Part shown: positions 1-9,836 of the stretch, piece by piece
Layout of the letters: each line of letters begins with the position of its first letter
Numbering within the stretch: position 1 is the stretch's first letter
Assembly: GCA_051439605.1 (NCBI GenBank)
Contig: JBFRWN010000124.1
Location: forward strand, 32,001-96,000
Direction of reading: 5' to 3'
From: Synechococcus sp.
GTDB taxonomy: Bacteria; Cyanobacteriota; Cyanobacteriia; Thermostichales; PCC-7336
Length of the DNA stretch: 64,000 nucleotides
The notes under the pieces: generated by a model
What the model was told of the DNA's origin: nothing
Database searches by the model: none
Seen by the model: the letters and a program-made list of their open reading frames with translations, nothing else
Program-made: the position numbers and the translations under genes

Positions 1-66
1 CACCCACCACATGATGTTCTACATCCCAGGGGGTATTCGCATGGAATTGATTGCCCCAGCATCCTA

Positions 67-74
67 GCGATCGC
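67..74. repeat. HIP1 octamer GCGATCGC (first of many copies dispersed across the window)
   Basis: GCGATCGC recurs throughout coding and intergenic DNA; hallmark of many cyanobacterial genomes. Confidence 0.95.
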
Positions 75-117
75 GCGCCCGGTCTATCTATAAGTATTGG
101 AACGGAGACAACGCAAG

Positions 118-1080
118 ATGGCAACTCCAGGTTGGACCCGCACTGAATCCCCCTTTCATAAAGGTGAACTGGCCATACAAGCTCGGCTCGGAGCCCAAGA
201 GCGGATGGACAAACAAGGGCGACGGTTCATCCGGGAAGTTCTTACGGACCAGCATCGTCAATTCTTCAGCCAGCTTCCCTATGCGATCGCCGGCACGGTG
301 GATGCATCGGGCAACCCTTGGGCCTCCATTTTGGTAGGTAAACCGGGCTTTATCTCCACACCGGACGAACGTTCTTTTCACGTTGCGGCTTGTCCCCTAT
401 TTGGCGATCCACTAGAAAATACGCTTGCGGAGGGCATCGACATCGGTTTTCTCGGCATCGAGTTGCACACCCGCCGCCGTAATCGGATGAATGGAGTAGT
501 AACCGCAGCTCGTGCCGATGGCTTTGAGGTGCGCGTGGTGCAAACCTTTGGCAACTGTCCCAAATACATTCAGTCCAGACTATTTGAGTGGACCGACATC
601 GATCTTGCCACCCCCAAACCGATCCATGAAATTGACTCGCTATCCCCAGCAGAACGAGCCCAGATCGCGGCGGCTGACACGTTTTTTATCGCTACAGCCT
701 ATCAAGATGAATCTGCTGGACTGGCCAGCGGTGTTGATGTCTCCCATCGCGGAGGCAAGCCAAGCTTCGTACGTATAGATAGTGACGGAACGCTAACGGT
801 GCCCGATTTCACCGGCAATTGCCATTTCAACACCGTAGGCAATATCGAGCTGAATCCCCGTGCCGGACTCTTGTTCGTAGACTTCGAGCGGGGTGACTTG
901 CTCTATCTCACGGGGAAAGCTGAGACGATTTGGGAGGGAGATGAGCTCGCAGCCTTCGACGGAGCAGAACGGTTGCTACGTTTCTATCCAGAAAAGGGGT
1001 ATCGAGTGGAAGGCAGCCTTCCGTTGCGATGGTCCCCCCCTGAATTTTCTCCTTTCCTGGAACGGACCGGCTCTTGGTAG
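118..1080 (+). CDS. Pyridoxamine 5'-phosphate oxidase-like FMN-binding protein (two split-barrel domains)
   Basis: SPFHxGExxxQ N-terminus, PWASILxGxPGF, TRRRNRxNG, NCPKYIQ, DVSHRGG, PDFxGN motifs; ATG at 118 with GGAG upstream. Confidence 0.85.
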   Translation: MATPGWTRTESPFHKGELAIQARLGAQERMDKQGRRFIREVLTDQHRQFFSQLPYAIAGTVDASGNPWASILVGKPGFISTPDERSFHVAACPLFGDPLENTLAEGIDIGFLGIELHTRRRNRMNGVVTAARADGFEVRVVQTFGNCPKYIQSRLFEWTDIDLATPKPIHEIDSLSPAERAQIAAADTFFIATAYQDESAGLASGVDVSHRGGKPSFVRIDSDGTLTVPDFTGNCHFNTVGNIELNPRAGLLFVDFERGDLLYLTGKAETIWEGDELAAFDGAERLLRFYPEKGYRVEGSLPLRWSPPEFSPFLERTGSW

Positions 1081-1198
1081 CCCAGAAGAGCCTAGACTTT
1101 CACAGATGCGATCCAGATACCATCGCGATACAACTCTTGCGCGGACCACTTGCCCCCATTTGGCTTGATTAGTTATGGCAAGCCTTCAAGGCTGCTGT

Positions 1199-1293
1199 AA
1201 TAGCGACCGTCAAGTCGCTTAAGACATTTTAGCTATCCCAATCTATGACTAGACATAGAGACTTACGTCCTAGCTAAAGTGTCAAAGATAATA
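1199..1293. mobile_element. ~95-bp MITE-like element, copy A (degenerate)
   Basis: Aligns end-to-end with 2669-2764 (tagcg-cc-tcaagtcgctta-gaca...ctatgact...gtccta-ctaaa-tg-caaaga). Confidence 0.65.
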
Positions 1294-1447
1294 GTAGGAG
1301 ATGATTGACCCAACAAGTTTGACAGACATTTGACGGATATCATATGTCAAAGGTGGCTTGGCCAGCCCTCTTGCTCGTCTAGATTTGGTTCCAGGATGCA
1401 TGGATCTAACCAGAGGAACCATTGACTTGCGCAGTGCATGAAAACAG

Positions 1448-2515
1448 ATGGGGACACTGATGTTCGCAATTCATCCGTATCGATTTAGGTTCCTCCCCGT
1501 TGCTACGGGTCTGTCAGCGATCGGCCTGTTAGCACTCTCTCTTACTCCAACCGTTCTGCCTCAAACAGAAGAAACCGAGCGGTTGGAAGAGTTTCTTGCC
1601 CCACCTGAACCTTCGGCGCCAGCTCCCCCTGCCCAACCGGCACGTCCTTCTGTCCGTCCTGCTCCAGTCAACCCAGCACCTGCTCCCCCGCGACCACAGC
1701 TCTATTCGAATAACACAGAAGTTCCCACCCCTGAAGGGATTGCGGCGGTCGAACAAAATACGCGGCGCTACACCCCCACTCTAACGATTGTGTCCCCTAA
1801 GCAGGGGGAAACCTTGGACAGTACCTTGGTTGAGGTCGAACTGAACTACCAGCGATTTCCAATCGGTCAAGATCCAGAATTGGGGCTTGGGATGCACGTC
1901 AAACTTATCGTGGATAACGAAGAGCCCATCGACTATTTCGATTTGAGCACTCCCCTCTCCCTTACTCTGTCCCCCGGTACCCATACAATCCGGGCGATCG
2001 CCGCTACCCCTTGGGACAACAGCTACCGTACTCGTCCCGCCTTCCAAATGGTTACCTTTAACGTCATCGAAGCGGACAATCAAAATACCCCCGTTTTTCA
2101 GGAGGGGGTTGGCTTGCTGACGGTGGTGTCCCCCAGCGGCAGCTATGGGGCAGAGCCTATTCTGTTGGACTACATCGTGGATGGGCTTAATTTGGGAGTC
2201 ATTGCGTTTGTCAAATACACCCTCAACGGCAACGTTACCGTGACTCGCTCTCGCCAGCCCGTTTATTTGGAGGGATGGCAACCGGGGGAAAACGAATTGA
2301 CCGTCGAGTTGGTGAAACGGGATAACGCGACGGTCCACGACAACAACGGCACTGGGTTTAACCGCGTCGTTCGTACCATCACATACCAGCCCGGCGGTAC
2401 GGACAGCTTGTCCCAGTTAGTTAGGGGGGAGCTAGACCCTATTGACCTAAAGGACATTCTTGGCCCCGACCCGATTGTGTATGACGAAAAGGGGAATCCC
2501 CAACTCCTTCGCTAG
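1448..2515 (+). CDS. Conserved cyanobacterial exported hypothetical protein (signal/TM segment, Pro-rich linker, two beta-sandwich-like repeats)
   Basis: 355-aa ORF; hydrophobic N-terminus, PAPAPP linker, LSPGTHTIRA and LEGWQPGENEL repeats. Confidence 0.75.
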   Translation: MGTLMFAIHPYRFRFLPVATGLSAIGLLALSLTPTVLPQTEETERLEEFLAPPEPSAPAPPAQPARPSVRPAPVNPAPAPPRPQLYSNNTEVPTPEGIAAVEQNTRRYTPTLTIVSPKQGETLDSTLVEVELNYQRFPIGQDPELGLGMHVKLIVDNEEPIDYFDLSTPLSLTLSPGTHTIRAIAATPWDNSYRTRPAFQMVTFNVIEADNQNTPVFQEGVGLLTVVSPSGSYGAEPILLDYIVDGLNLGVIAFVKYTLNGNVTVTRSRQPVYLEGWQPGENELTVELVKRDNATVHDNNGTGFNRVVRTITYQPGGTDSLSQLVRGELDPIDLKDILGPDPIVYDEKGNPQLLR

Positions 2516-2668
2516 TCCCTGTAATGGCGAGTACAGTTGACGGTACCGCGGGAAAACGGCACCGCATCCTAAAGCCCTCATGGAAAACTACATGCTCGGC
2601 AGCGATCGGTAGAGGGGGGACTGTCGTTAGCCGGGATTTCAGAGGGTAAGGATAGTAGGTAGTAGGGA

Positions 2669-2764
2669 TATAGCGGCCTTCAAGTCGCTTAGGACATAAG
2701 TTGCTATCCCCATCTATGACTGGGCATAGCAACTTATGTCCTAACTAAAATGGCAAAGACTATA
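2669..2764. mobile_element. ~96-bp MITE-like element, copy B (best preserved)
   Basis: TATAG...CTATA ends; perfect 19-bp internal inverted repeat 2689-2707/2726-2744. Confidence 0.7.
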
Positions 2765-2787
2765 GCAGTGAGGGGAGTCGATCGATA

Positions 2788-4011
2788 TTGAACACCTGGG
2801 TCTATGCGATACCACCCCTTGCAGGTTTGGCGATTGGATATTTCACAAACGATATCGCCATTAAAATGCTGTTTCGCCCCTACCGGCCCTACTACCTCGG
2901 TCAACTGAAGCTACCTTTCACCCCCGGTCTAATTCCTCAAAACCAATCGCGCCTGGCCCAAAAGATTTCAGATGCCATCATGGGGTCTTTGCTTACCCCT
3001 GAGGAGCTGCAGAATTTAGCCCGACGCTTGCTTGAACCTCAGCGGGTCAAAGGGGCTATCCAGTGGTTATTGGAACTGGCGATTGACCGCCTACAGAATC
3101 CCCAACAGCAGGTGCAAACGGCCAAGGTGTTGGGCCATATTTTGGCGGATTTATTTGGGGAGTCTCTTCCCCGCCTAATTAAAGCTCTAGCTCGCCAAGA
3201 TAACTTTTTAGAGGAGCAACTGAATCAGATTTTCGATAGCGTGCTGCTGGAAATTCGCCTCACCTCTAGCCAGTCGCTGCAGCTCTCAGACTGGATTCTG
3301 GAACAAATTGTCCCTCCCGATGTGCTTCGAAAAGGGCTGGTGGATTTTCTCACCGATCGCAATATCGATGCTCTAGACGAAGAGTTCCGCGAACGGGCCA
3401 CCGGTTCCTATTGGGTTGTAGCTAATCTTTTTGGTCTTAAAAATGCCCTGACTCGCCTGCGCACGTATTGCATCGACGAACCGGAAGCAGCTGACGACAT
3501 ATTGCTTGAATTGCTGGAGGCTTTGGGGTCGCGCAGGCGGCTGGCAGAAATCTCTCAGAATCTTTCGTTACAAAACCTGCCGGTACATACGGTCCGCCAA
3601 CTGCGGCAGGCCATGCGGGAGAGCGTGCGGAATTTTTTGCGGGAGAACGGTGGGTCGCTACTGCAGGATTTGAGTCATTCTATTAATTGGACAAATGTGG
3701 CCAAACTGGTACTGGCACGGCTGCAGCGCTCGTCGGTATTGGAGACAGCAGTTCCTCAAATCAGCGAGGATCTCGCAGAGATTCTCAAACGCTATCTCGA
3801 TCGCGATCTAGAGTCCATCATGACTCAGGTGATTCCTATCTTGAATATCGATCGCGTGATTATCGATCGCGTCAACGCAACTGCACCGCAGGATTTAGAA
3901 CAGGCCATTCAATCGATTGTGCGCAGCGAGCTACAGGCGATCGTGAATTTAGGCGGAGTCTTAGGGTTTCTGGTGGGGTGCATTCAGGTTATTATTTTGC
4001 AATTCTCCTGA
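2788..4011 (+). CDS. DUF445 family membrane protein
   Basis: [17 protein letters not shown], TPGLIPxNQxRLA, C-terminal [17 protein letters not shown]. Confidence 0.9.
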   Translation: MNTWVYAIPPLAGLAIGYFTNDIAIKMLFRPYRPYYLGQLKLPFTPGLIPQNQSRLAQKISDAIMGSLLTPEELQNLARRLLEPQRVKGAIQWLLELAIDRLQNPQQQVQTAKVLGHILADLFGESLPRLIKALARQDNFLEEQLNQIFDSVLLEIRLTSSQSLQLSDWILEQIVPPDVLRKGLVDFLTDRNIDALDEEFRERATGSYWVVANLFGLKNALTRLRTYCIDEPEAADDILLELLEALGSRRRLAEISQNLSLQNLPVHTVRQLRQAMRESVRNFLRENGGSLLQDLSHSINWTNVAKLVLARLQRSSVLETAVPQISEDLAEILKRYLDRDLESIMTQVIPILNIDRVIIDRVNATAPQDLEQAIQSIVRSELQAIVNLGGVLGFLVGCIQVIILQFS

Positions 4012-4097
4012 TACCGATTGCCATTTGAAATTCATGTATGAGTGCTAACGATCGCCTAGCAATGAGTTTCCCTGAAAAGCAGATCTGGAGACGCACG

Positions 4098-4496
4098 TTA
4101 CGCTCGACAATCGGCGCAAATGCCGTAAAAATCGAGCACGTGACGTTCAATTGCAAAGTCATACTTTTGCGACAGTTTGAGTTCTAGATCCCGAACTGGG
4201 CAACTGGAAAGGGGCAGTACCTTGCGACAGGACGTGCAAATCAGGTGATGGCTATTGTGGCTGTTGCGATCGTGGGATACCAGTTGGTAGTAGGCTTGAT
4301 TATCTTCCAGGTCGAGCTGCTGTAAATAGCCCTCATCCTTCAGGGAGGCAATTGCTCGATATACCGTCGCTAACCCCACAGGGCGATCGCTCTCCCGCAA
4401 TTGCATAAATATTTCCTGAGCAGAGAGGGGTTGAGCTCGTCCATCGAGCACGTCGAGAACCGCCTGCTCTCCTCGGGTGTGGTTAGTTGCGGTCAT
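4098..4496 (-). CDS. zur: Fur-family regulator, Zur/FurB type
   Basis: LSAQEI, GLATVYR, HHLICxxC, CPV, FYGICxxC; resembles cyanobacterial FurB/Zur. Confidence 0.75.
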   Translation of the reverse strand: MTATNHTRGEQAVLDVLDGRAQPLSAQEIFMQLRESDRPVGLATVYRAIASLKDEGYLQQLDLEDNQAYYQLVSHDRNSHNSHHLICTSCRKVLPLSSCPVRDLELKLSQKYDFAIERHVLDFYGICADCRA

Positions 4497-4543
4497 GTAC
4501 GCGTCAGAATCCGTCCTGTTCTAATTATCTCTGACTTCGTTAT

Positions 4544-4861
4544 CTACGAGTCAATCTCGGATTTCATCCGCTCCAGTGTTTTGTTCATTTGATCGAACAT
4601 CTGAGAGGGGGAGATGCCCATGCTACCAAACTGACTTTGCAGTTGTTTCATGCTCATTTGGGCCATGAAGTCATCGGACAATTCCATCCGCTTCATGAAA
4701 ATTCGTTGACGTTCCATCAGCTCTTCCATTTGGCTGATGAACATCTTTTTGCCCTCGCGATCGAATTTGCCGTAGTCTCCTCCGAGTTTCATTAACGATT
4801 GAAAATCGCTAAATAGCTCTTTCGCTTCCTGTTGCACGATCTCGGAATCGAAGAAACTCAT
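4544..4861 (-). CDS. DUF1825 family protein
   Basis: MSFFDSEIVQQEAK, YGKFDREGK, RMELSDDFMAQM. Confidence 0.9.
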   Translation of the reverse strand: MSFFDSEIVQQEAKELFSDFQSLMKLGGDYGKFDREGKKMFISQMEELMERQRIFMKRMELSDDFMAQMSMKQLQSQFGSMGISPSQMFDQMNKTLERMKSEIDS

Positions 4862-5165
4862 GGGTAGCCTCAGCAGTCAAAGATTTATACTCGCTGTATT
4901 CATCCTAACTGATGCCTCTAGGGCCCTGGGCGAATCCCCCGATCTGTATTGCAAGCGATGGGTGGGGATTTCCGATCTGCCATGGCAGCCACGATGTTGT
5001 GGTGGTCCTCTAAGCGCCGACGATTTCCATGGGTCGAAATCTCAAGATCGAGAAGAGAGAGCATTCATGGGGGCAGTTCGCTTAGGGAGAAAGCCGATGA
5101 AACGCAACCCGCTTCAACTCACAGAAAGCAACATTAACGTCCTCTGAACTGAATTAAGGGTGGCA

Positions 5166-5197
5166 AACAAAAAGGGCTGCTGGGACAACCAGCAGCC
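5166..5197 (-). terminator. Intrinsic terminator of doxX
   Basis: 9-bp stem GGCTGCTGG/CCAGCAGCC followed by a T-run on the minus strand. Confidence 0.75.
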
Positions 5198-5256
5198 ACA
5201 GAGTTCGATCGTTTCAAAAGAGTTTGCCGTTTTATTGTGAGTCTTTTACTCGCCGT

Positions 5257-5814
5257 TTAAACAGCAGCTTTTTCGGACTCTTCAGCAGTGGCAGATGCTT
5301 GAAAAGAGCTTTCTAGAGAGGCCACCGTTTGCTGGAGGTCGAGGCCAGCCGCCGAGGCCAACCACTGGGCTACCCACCGATCGCCTGCGAACACCCCAGA
5401 GCCATTGGCGACAAAAAAGGTGAAGGCAGAGAAATAAACAGCGGATAGTTCCAAATAAGGCAGATTGAACCCTGCCACTAAAACGTGGTGGTACATGGCG
5501 ACAACCATGGTGCTAGCTAAGGCAAGTGCCGCCGGGCGTGTCATAATCCCCAGCATCAGGAGGATCGAACCCGCCACTTCTGCATAGGCTGCACAGTGGG
5601 CAAAAAATACGGGGAATGGCAGACCGATGACTTGGACGTACGCGATCGCAAACCCTTCGATGTCAGCTAGTTTGTCGAACCCGTTGTGAATCATCATCCC
5701 CCCCAAGACCACTCGAAACAGAGTCCAGGCTACTTGTTGATACCAAGCATTTGTCTCGGTGCTGGTTCGAAGCACCGAGAGCGCTAGACTTGCCGCGCGC
5801 TTAGTTATAGTCAT
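5257..5814 (-). CDS. DoxX family membrane protein
   Basis: RxxxGxMMIHNGFDKL, AAYAEVAGS, GIMTRPAA, TMxVAMYHH. Confidence 0.9.
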   Translation of the reverse strand: MTITKRAASLALSVLRTSTETNAWYQQVAWTLFRVVLGGMMIHNGFDKLADIEGFAIAYVQVIGLPFPVFFAHCAAYAEVAGSILLMLGIMTRPAALALASTMVVAMYHHVLVAGFNLPYLELSAVYFSAFTFFVANGSGVFAGDRWVAQWLASAAGLDLQQTVASLESSFQASATAEESEKAAV

Positions 5815-6173
5815 TTGTTGTTCCCTGCAAAATGCAAAATATCTACTAATAAATTAACAAATCTAAATGTATTCAAAGGCGATTCAAATTGAGAACTTTT
5901 TTTGGAAGGCCTTAAATTCGAACTCAATGGGGGACGATCAGTTTCAGCTCTGAAGCTGTTGCTTGCGCTCCCTTGTCTTACTTTGCAAGGTTTTTCGTCG
6001 TTTCTGTCTTTGTCTGTTGAGGCCAACTCGATTGCGCGTTCTCTGGGGTAATGGCGGAGGATAGTCTTTGAAGGATCTCCTGGCGATCGATGTAAAATTA
6101 ACTAAATTTAACAATCTCCGTCGTTCGAGCTGTCAATCTCGTTCATTTGAGTGGTTGGGCGAACAGCTTGGGG

Positions 6174-6866
6174 TTAAAAGAGTTTAAGTTCCATAAACAT
6201 GCCCACGGCGATATCGTCTTTGGCGATGGTGTGGCGCCAGTTAACTTGGCTGGCAACCCGCAATCTTCGGGTGAGATGGTAGGCGGCAGTGACAGAACCA
6301 AGGGTGGCTTCGTCGCTAGTGAACGGGTCGAGCAGGCTGTAGGAGATTGCTAAATCTGCAGCTCCTGGTGCGAGGGCTATGGTGCCTAAGAGGCCAACGT
6401 TGACTCCATCATTGATACCGTCTCCGAGGTCGAGATGACGAAAGCCCACCTGTGGCGCAATGTTGAAGTACGAGCCGCGTGGCAACAGATAATAGGCCAG
6501 GTCGGCCCCATATTCTTCGTCAGATTGTTCGTCAAAAGCTGCTCGATAGTGACCCCTCAGGATGAGGCGATCGTAGAGGGTGAGGTCCTCAACTCCCACG
6601 GACCACTCGCGGTTGCTGGCTACGCCAACCCGCAAACGAGGGGGTAAGGCGGGGGTATTGCGAATTTCGTCCAGGATGTTGGGAGGATTCTCCTGCCATC
6701 GCTGCAGGAGTGGGCTATTTTCAAACGCTTCTGAATGGTGAGTGGCTGCTTCAGCTGGTTCCGGTTGGGCCTGGGCGGAGCAAGCCACACTTTGGCCTGC
6801 CAGGACGGCGATCGCCACACCAACTATCGTGCATTGCCTAGCTGGCGATGTCAGAAAACTGACCAT
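6174..6866 (-). CDS. Conserved cyanobacterial exported hypothetical protein, probable beta-barrel
   Basis: Signal peptide, ENSPLLQRWxxxPPNILDEIR motif, amphipathic beta strands, C-terminal Phe. Confidence 0.7.
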   Translation of the reverse strand: MVSFLTSPARQCTIVGVAIAVLAGQSVACSAQAQPEPAEAATHHSEAFENSPLLQRWQENPPNILDEIRNTPALPPRLRVGVASNREWSVGVEDLTLYDRLILRGHYRAAFDEQSDEEYGADLAYYLLPRGSYFNIAPQVGFRHLDLGDGINDGVNVGLLGTIALAPGAADLAISYSLLDPFTSDEATLGSVTAAYHLTRRLRVASQVNWRHTIAKDDIAVGMFMELKLF

Positions 6867-7095
6867 GCTGACTCCTCAACAACCCGCTTGCGATGCCACC
6901 CTAACGGTTGAAAATGGCGATCTCCACCAGCATCAAGAATAGCCAGTTGAACCGTTTGTGCCGATAGCTAATCCAGAATTGAAGTGAGGATTGAAGTCCT
7001 GCTATTTGTTAGTATCGCGCCTCTTTATTGATATCAAAGTCGTTCCGGTCCATTGACCGACTACAGTTAAAGTCATCCCGATCCACCCCATTCCT

Positions 7096-7911
7096 ATGAC
7101 CACCGGAATTCCTGCCGCCGAACGCACTCCACCGATTGCTATGACAATCGCCGGTTCAGATAGTGGAGGCGGGGCAGGAATTCAAGCAGATCTGCGCACC
7201 TTTGCACTTCACCGTGTACACGGCACTAGCGCTATCACCTGCATCACTGCCCAAAACACCCTGGGGGTCCATCGCGTCGATGCCCTCCCTCCAGAAGCTG
7301 TGGTGGCTCAAATTTCTGCAGTAGTTGACGATATCGGCATTCAATCCCTCAAAACTGGGATGCTGCTCAACACAGAAATCATTGAAGTCGTGGCCACCGA
7401 ACTCGAACAGCGCAACCTGCCCAATACAGTGATTGACCCTGTCATGGTGTCCCGCGCTGGGGCAAAGCTACTGGCAAATGAAGCCATTGACGCGATGCGC
7501 GATCGCCTGCTGCCCTTGGCGGATGTGTTGACCCCGAACCGTTACGAGGCTCAAATCCTAGCGAAGATGGAGATCGTAACCGTGGAGGACATGAAAGCCG
7601 CCGCCACTCGTATCCACAAACTGGGCCCGAAAGCAGTCCTGATTAAGGGGGGAGGTATGATCGGAGAGGCGAAAGGCACCGACGTGTGGTGGGATGGCGA
7701 GCGTCTAGAAGTGATGTCAACCACTCCCGTAAATACCACCAACACCCATGGCACTGGCTGTACGCTATCCGCTGCGATCGCAGCGCATCTGGCCCAGGAT
7801 TTCCCTCCGTTTGATGCGGTCCAGCGCTCGAAGCGGTTTGTGACCCGAGCGATCGCGAATGCCCTTGCGATCGGCCAAGGACAGGGGCCAATCGGTCATT
7901 TCTACGCCTAA
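7096..7911 (+). CDS. thiD: Hydroxymethylpyrimidine/phosphomethylpyrimidine kinase
   Basis: IAGSDSGGGAGIQADL, KTGML, DPVMV, TPNxxEA, NTHGTGCTLSAA. Confidence 0.97.
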   Translation: MTTGIPAAERTPPIAMTIAGSDSGGGAGIQADLRTFALHRVHGTSAITCITAQNTLGVHRVDALPPEAVVAQISAVVDDIGIQSLKTGMLLNTEIIEVVATELEQRNLPNTVIDPVMVSRAGAKLLANEAIDAMRDRLLPLADVLTPNRYEAQILAKMEIVTVEDMKAAATRIHKLGPKAVLIKGGGMIGEAKGTDVWWDGERLEVMSTTPVNTTNTHGTGCTLSAAIAAHLAQDFPPFDAVQRSKRFVTRAIANALAIGQGQGPIGHFYA

Positions 7912-7954
7912 TCCCCAGCAAGTCTTACTCCCAGGCTTTGCGAACCCAGCCCTG

Positions 7955-9460
7955 CTAGCTTGTGGGGAAGGACCGATACTTGAAAGTGGATTTCAGCTTA
8001 CGCGGTACTGACACGGCAAAATAAAATTCCGGTTCGTCGGACGAGTCTTTACCAAACTGCACCTCCAGCTTCGAGAGCAAAACTGCTAGGGCCATTTTGA
8101 TAAAGTACTGGGCAAAGTCTTGACCGATGCAGGCACGTTTGCCTCGCCCAAAGGGAAAGAAATACCCGCTGCCAAATGGATTCGCTTCAATGGTGGCAGC
8201 ATCCCAACGCTCGGGAATAAACTCTTCGGGGTGTTCCCAGTAGGTGGGGTCGCGGTGCAGGTACCAGTTGTTAATCAGTAATTGAGTGCCAGCGGGAATC
8301 TCATAACCCCCCAGCTTTACGGACTTTTCGTTCGACACATTGCGGGTAAAGAACGGAACCGGAGGATTCAGACGTAAGGCTTCCCGCATCACTTGCTCGA
8401 GGGCAAAACAGTCATTGAGACGACTGTAGGTGAGGGGCTCGCTCATCAATTCGTCGATCGCTGTCAAGAGAGAGGCTCGCTTCTCGGGATTTTGGCTCAA
8501 AAGGTACAGTGCGGAGGCGATGGCGCTAGGCACCGAAACCGAACCACCTGGATAAATGCCCGCACAATAATCCCGTAACTCTGTTTCCGTGAACTGCTCG
8601 CTGCTGTATTTGCGCATCCATTGCAACAGGGATTGAGTGGAGCCTCCTCCTGCTTTAGAGTGTTCCACGACCTTTGCAAACAGGTCGAACCATTGCTGGC
8701 TGGCTTGACGATAGTCTTTCCCTTTGGGCTCTGTAGAAATGGCCCAGTTACCCAATGTAGTGGAGAGTGACATCCGACTGGTGCCGGTTTTGCACATCAG
8801 ATTGAATTCGTCATAGATTTCCGTTGAGAATAGCTGACCGTCAACCGCCAAAGAAAATCCATCAAAGGTCAGCTGCTGCAACGTTGTATAGGTGGGTAAT
8901 TCTCCTAATTCCGATCGCCCCACTAACTCTGCAGCGCGGGTTTCCAGTAGTTCTTGTAAGGGATGGACTTGAGAGCTGAGCCAATCGGGGAAGTAAGGTT
9001 GATTGAACGGATCTTTGTTGGACAGGCGGGTCCATTGTTCCCCCTCATCCCTCGCTTCAAACGGACTGTTATCTGTGAGCATGGGCAGTAAGGCTTTTCG
9101 GGGTAAGTCCTTATAAAAGTCGGCCTGTGTAGGAGACTCCCCTTGGTGATAGGGGCAGCCTGACGCCTCTTGACCTGCCGAGTGGCCGCGATGCTCCGTT
9201 TCCAGTGACTCCGCGTTCAGTAATGCATGGGCGATCGCATCCGGACAATTTAAAACCACCGATGGTCGTCCCACGATCCACATTACCGATATTGGTCCGT
9301 ACTCTTGGCAATATCTACCCAACACCTGCCACAGTGGTTCCCCTCCTAATAAATCCCCCAAGTTGCCGATCGGAAAAACAGGTTTCGGTCCCGGAATATG
9401 TTCGAGATCGGCGTACTTCTTTCGATGGGCAGTACGAAAAAGGGCATTCAGTAGTGACAT
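7955..9460 (-). CDS. Cytochrome P450 (atypical I-helix)
   Basis: EALR (ExxR), FIPERW, heme motif FGRGKRACIG. Confidence 0.93.
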   Translation of the reverse strand: MSLLNALFRTAHRKKYADLEHIPGPKPVFPIGNLGDLLGGEPLWQVLGRYCQEYGPISVMWIVGRPSVVLNCPDAIAHALLNAESLETEHRGHSAGQEASGCPYHQGESPTQADFYKDLPRKALLPMLTDNSPFEARDEGEQWTRLSNKDPFNQPYFPDWLSSQVHPLQELLETRAAELVGRSELGELPTYTTLQQLTFDGFSLAVDGQLFSTEIYDEFNLMCKTGTSRMSLSTTLGNWAISTEPKGKDYRQASQQWFDLFAKVVEHSKAGGGSTQSLLQWMRKYSSEQFTETELRDYCAGIYPGGSVSVPSAIASALYLLSQNPEKRASLLTAIDELMSEPLTYSRLNDCFALEQVMREALRLNPPVPFFTRNVSNEKSVKLGGYEIPAGTQLLINNWYLHRDPTYWEHPEEFIPERWDAATIEANPFGSGYFFPFGRGKRACIGQDFAQYFIKMALAVLLSKLEVQFGKDSSDEPEFYFAVSVPRKLKSTFKYRSFPTS

Positions 9461-9836
9461 GTCAATCGAAGCCTAGTGATGAACGGGATGGGTTTACGAG
9501 ATTTTCTTCCTGCAGACCGGTCTCTCCCACGGATTGCATCTCGATTGGGAAAGATTGGGCATGAGGGGTCTTACCGGTGGAGTTCTACTTGAGGCTAGGA
9601 GTACAGAAGCACTCTCAAGCTGCTAAGGATGGTAAAGAGGGTAGGACATTATCCTGCAAAATGAGACTCGATGGCCACACTAAAAATACACGCTGCAAGG
9701 AGATACTGCTTGCAATAAACAGTGCAGTTTTCCAGCAATTATAAACATCCATTGAAATTAAGCAATGGCCGAAAAACTATTCATTTCCTGTATATTTAGC
9801 ATGTAATTTTATGTAATTTTTTGAGTTTTTTTTAAA

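Noticed and set aside
6098..6115. HLR1/RpaB-like direct repeat TTAACTAA-at-TTAACAAT upstream of doxX
   Set aside because: Three mismatches to the consensus in AT-rich DNA; too weak to call
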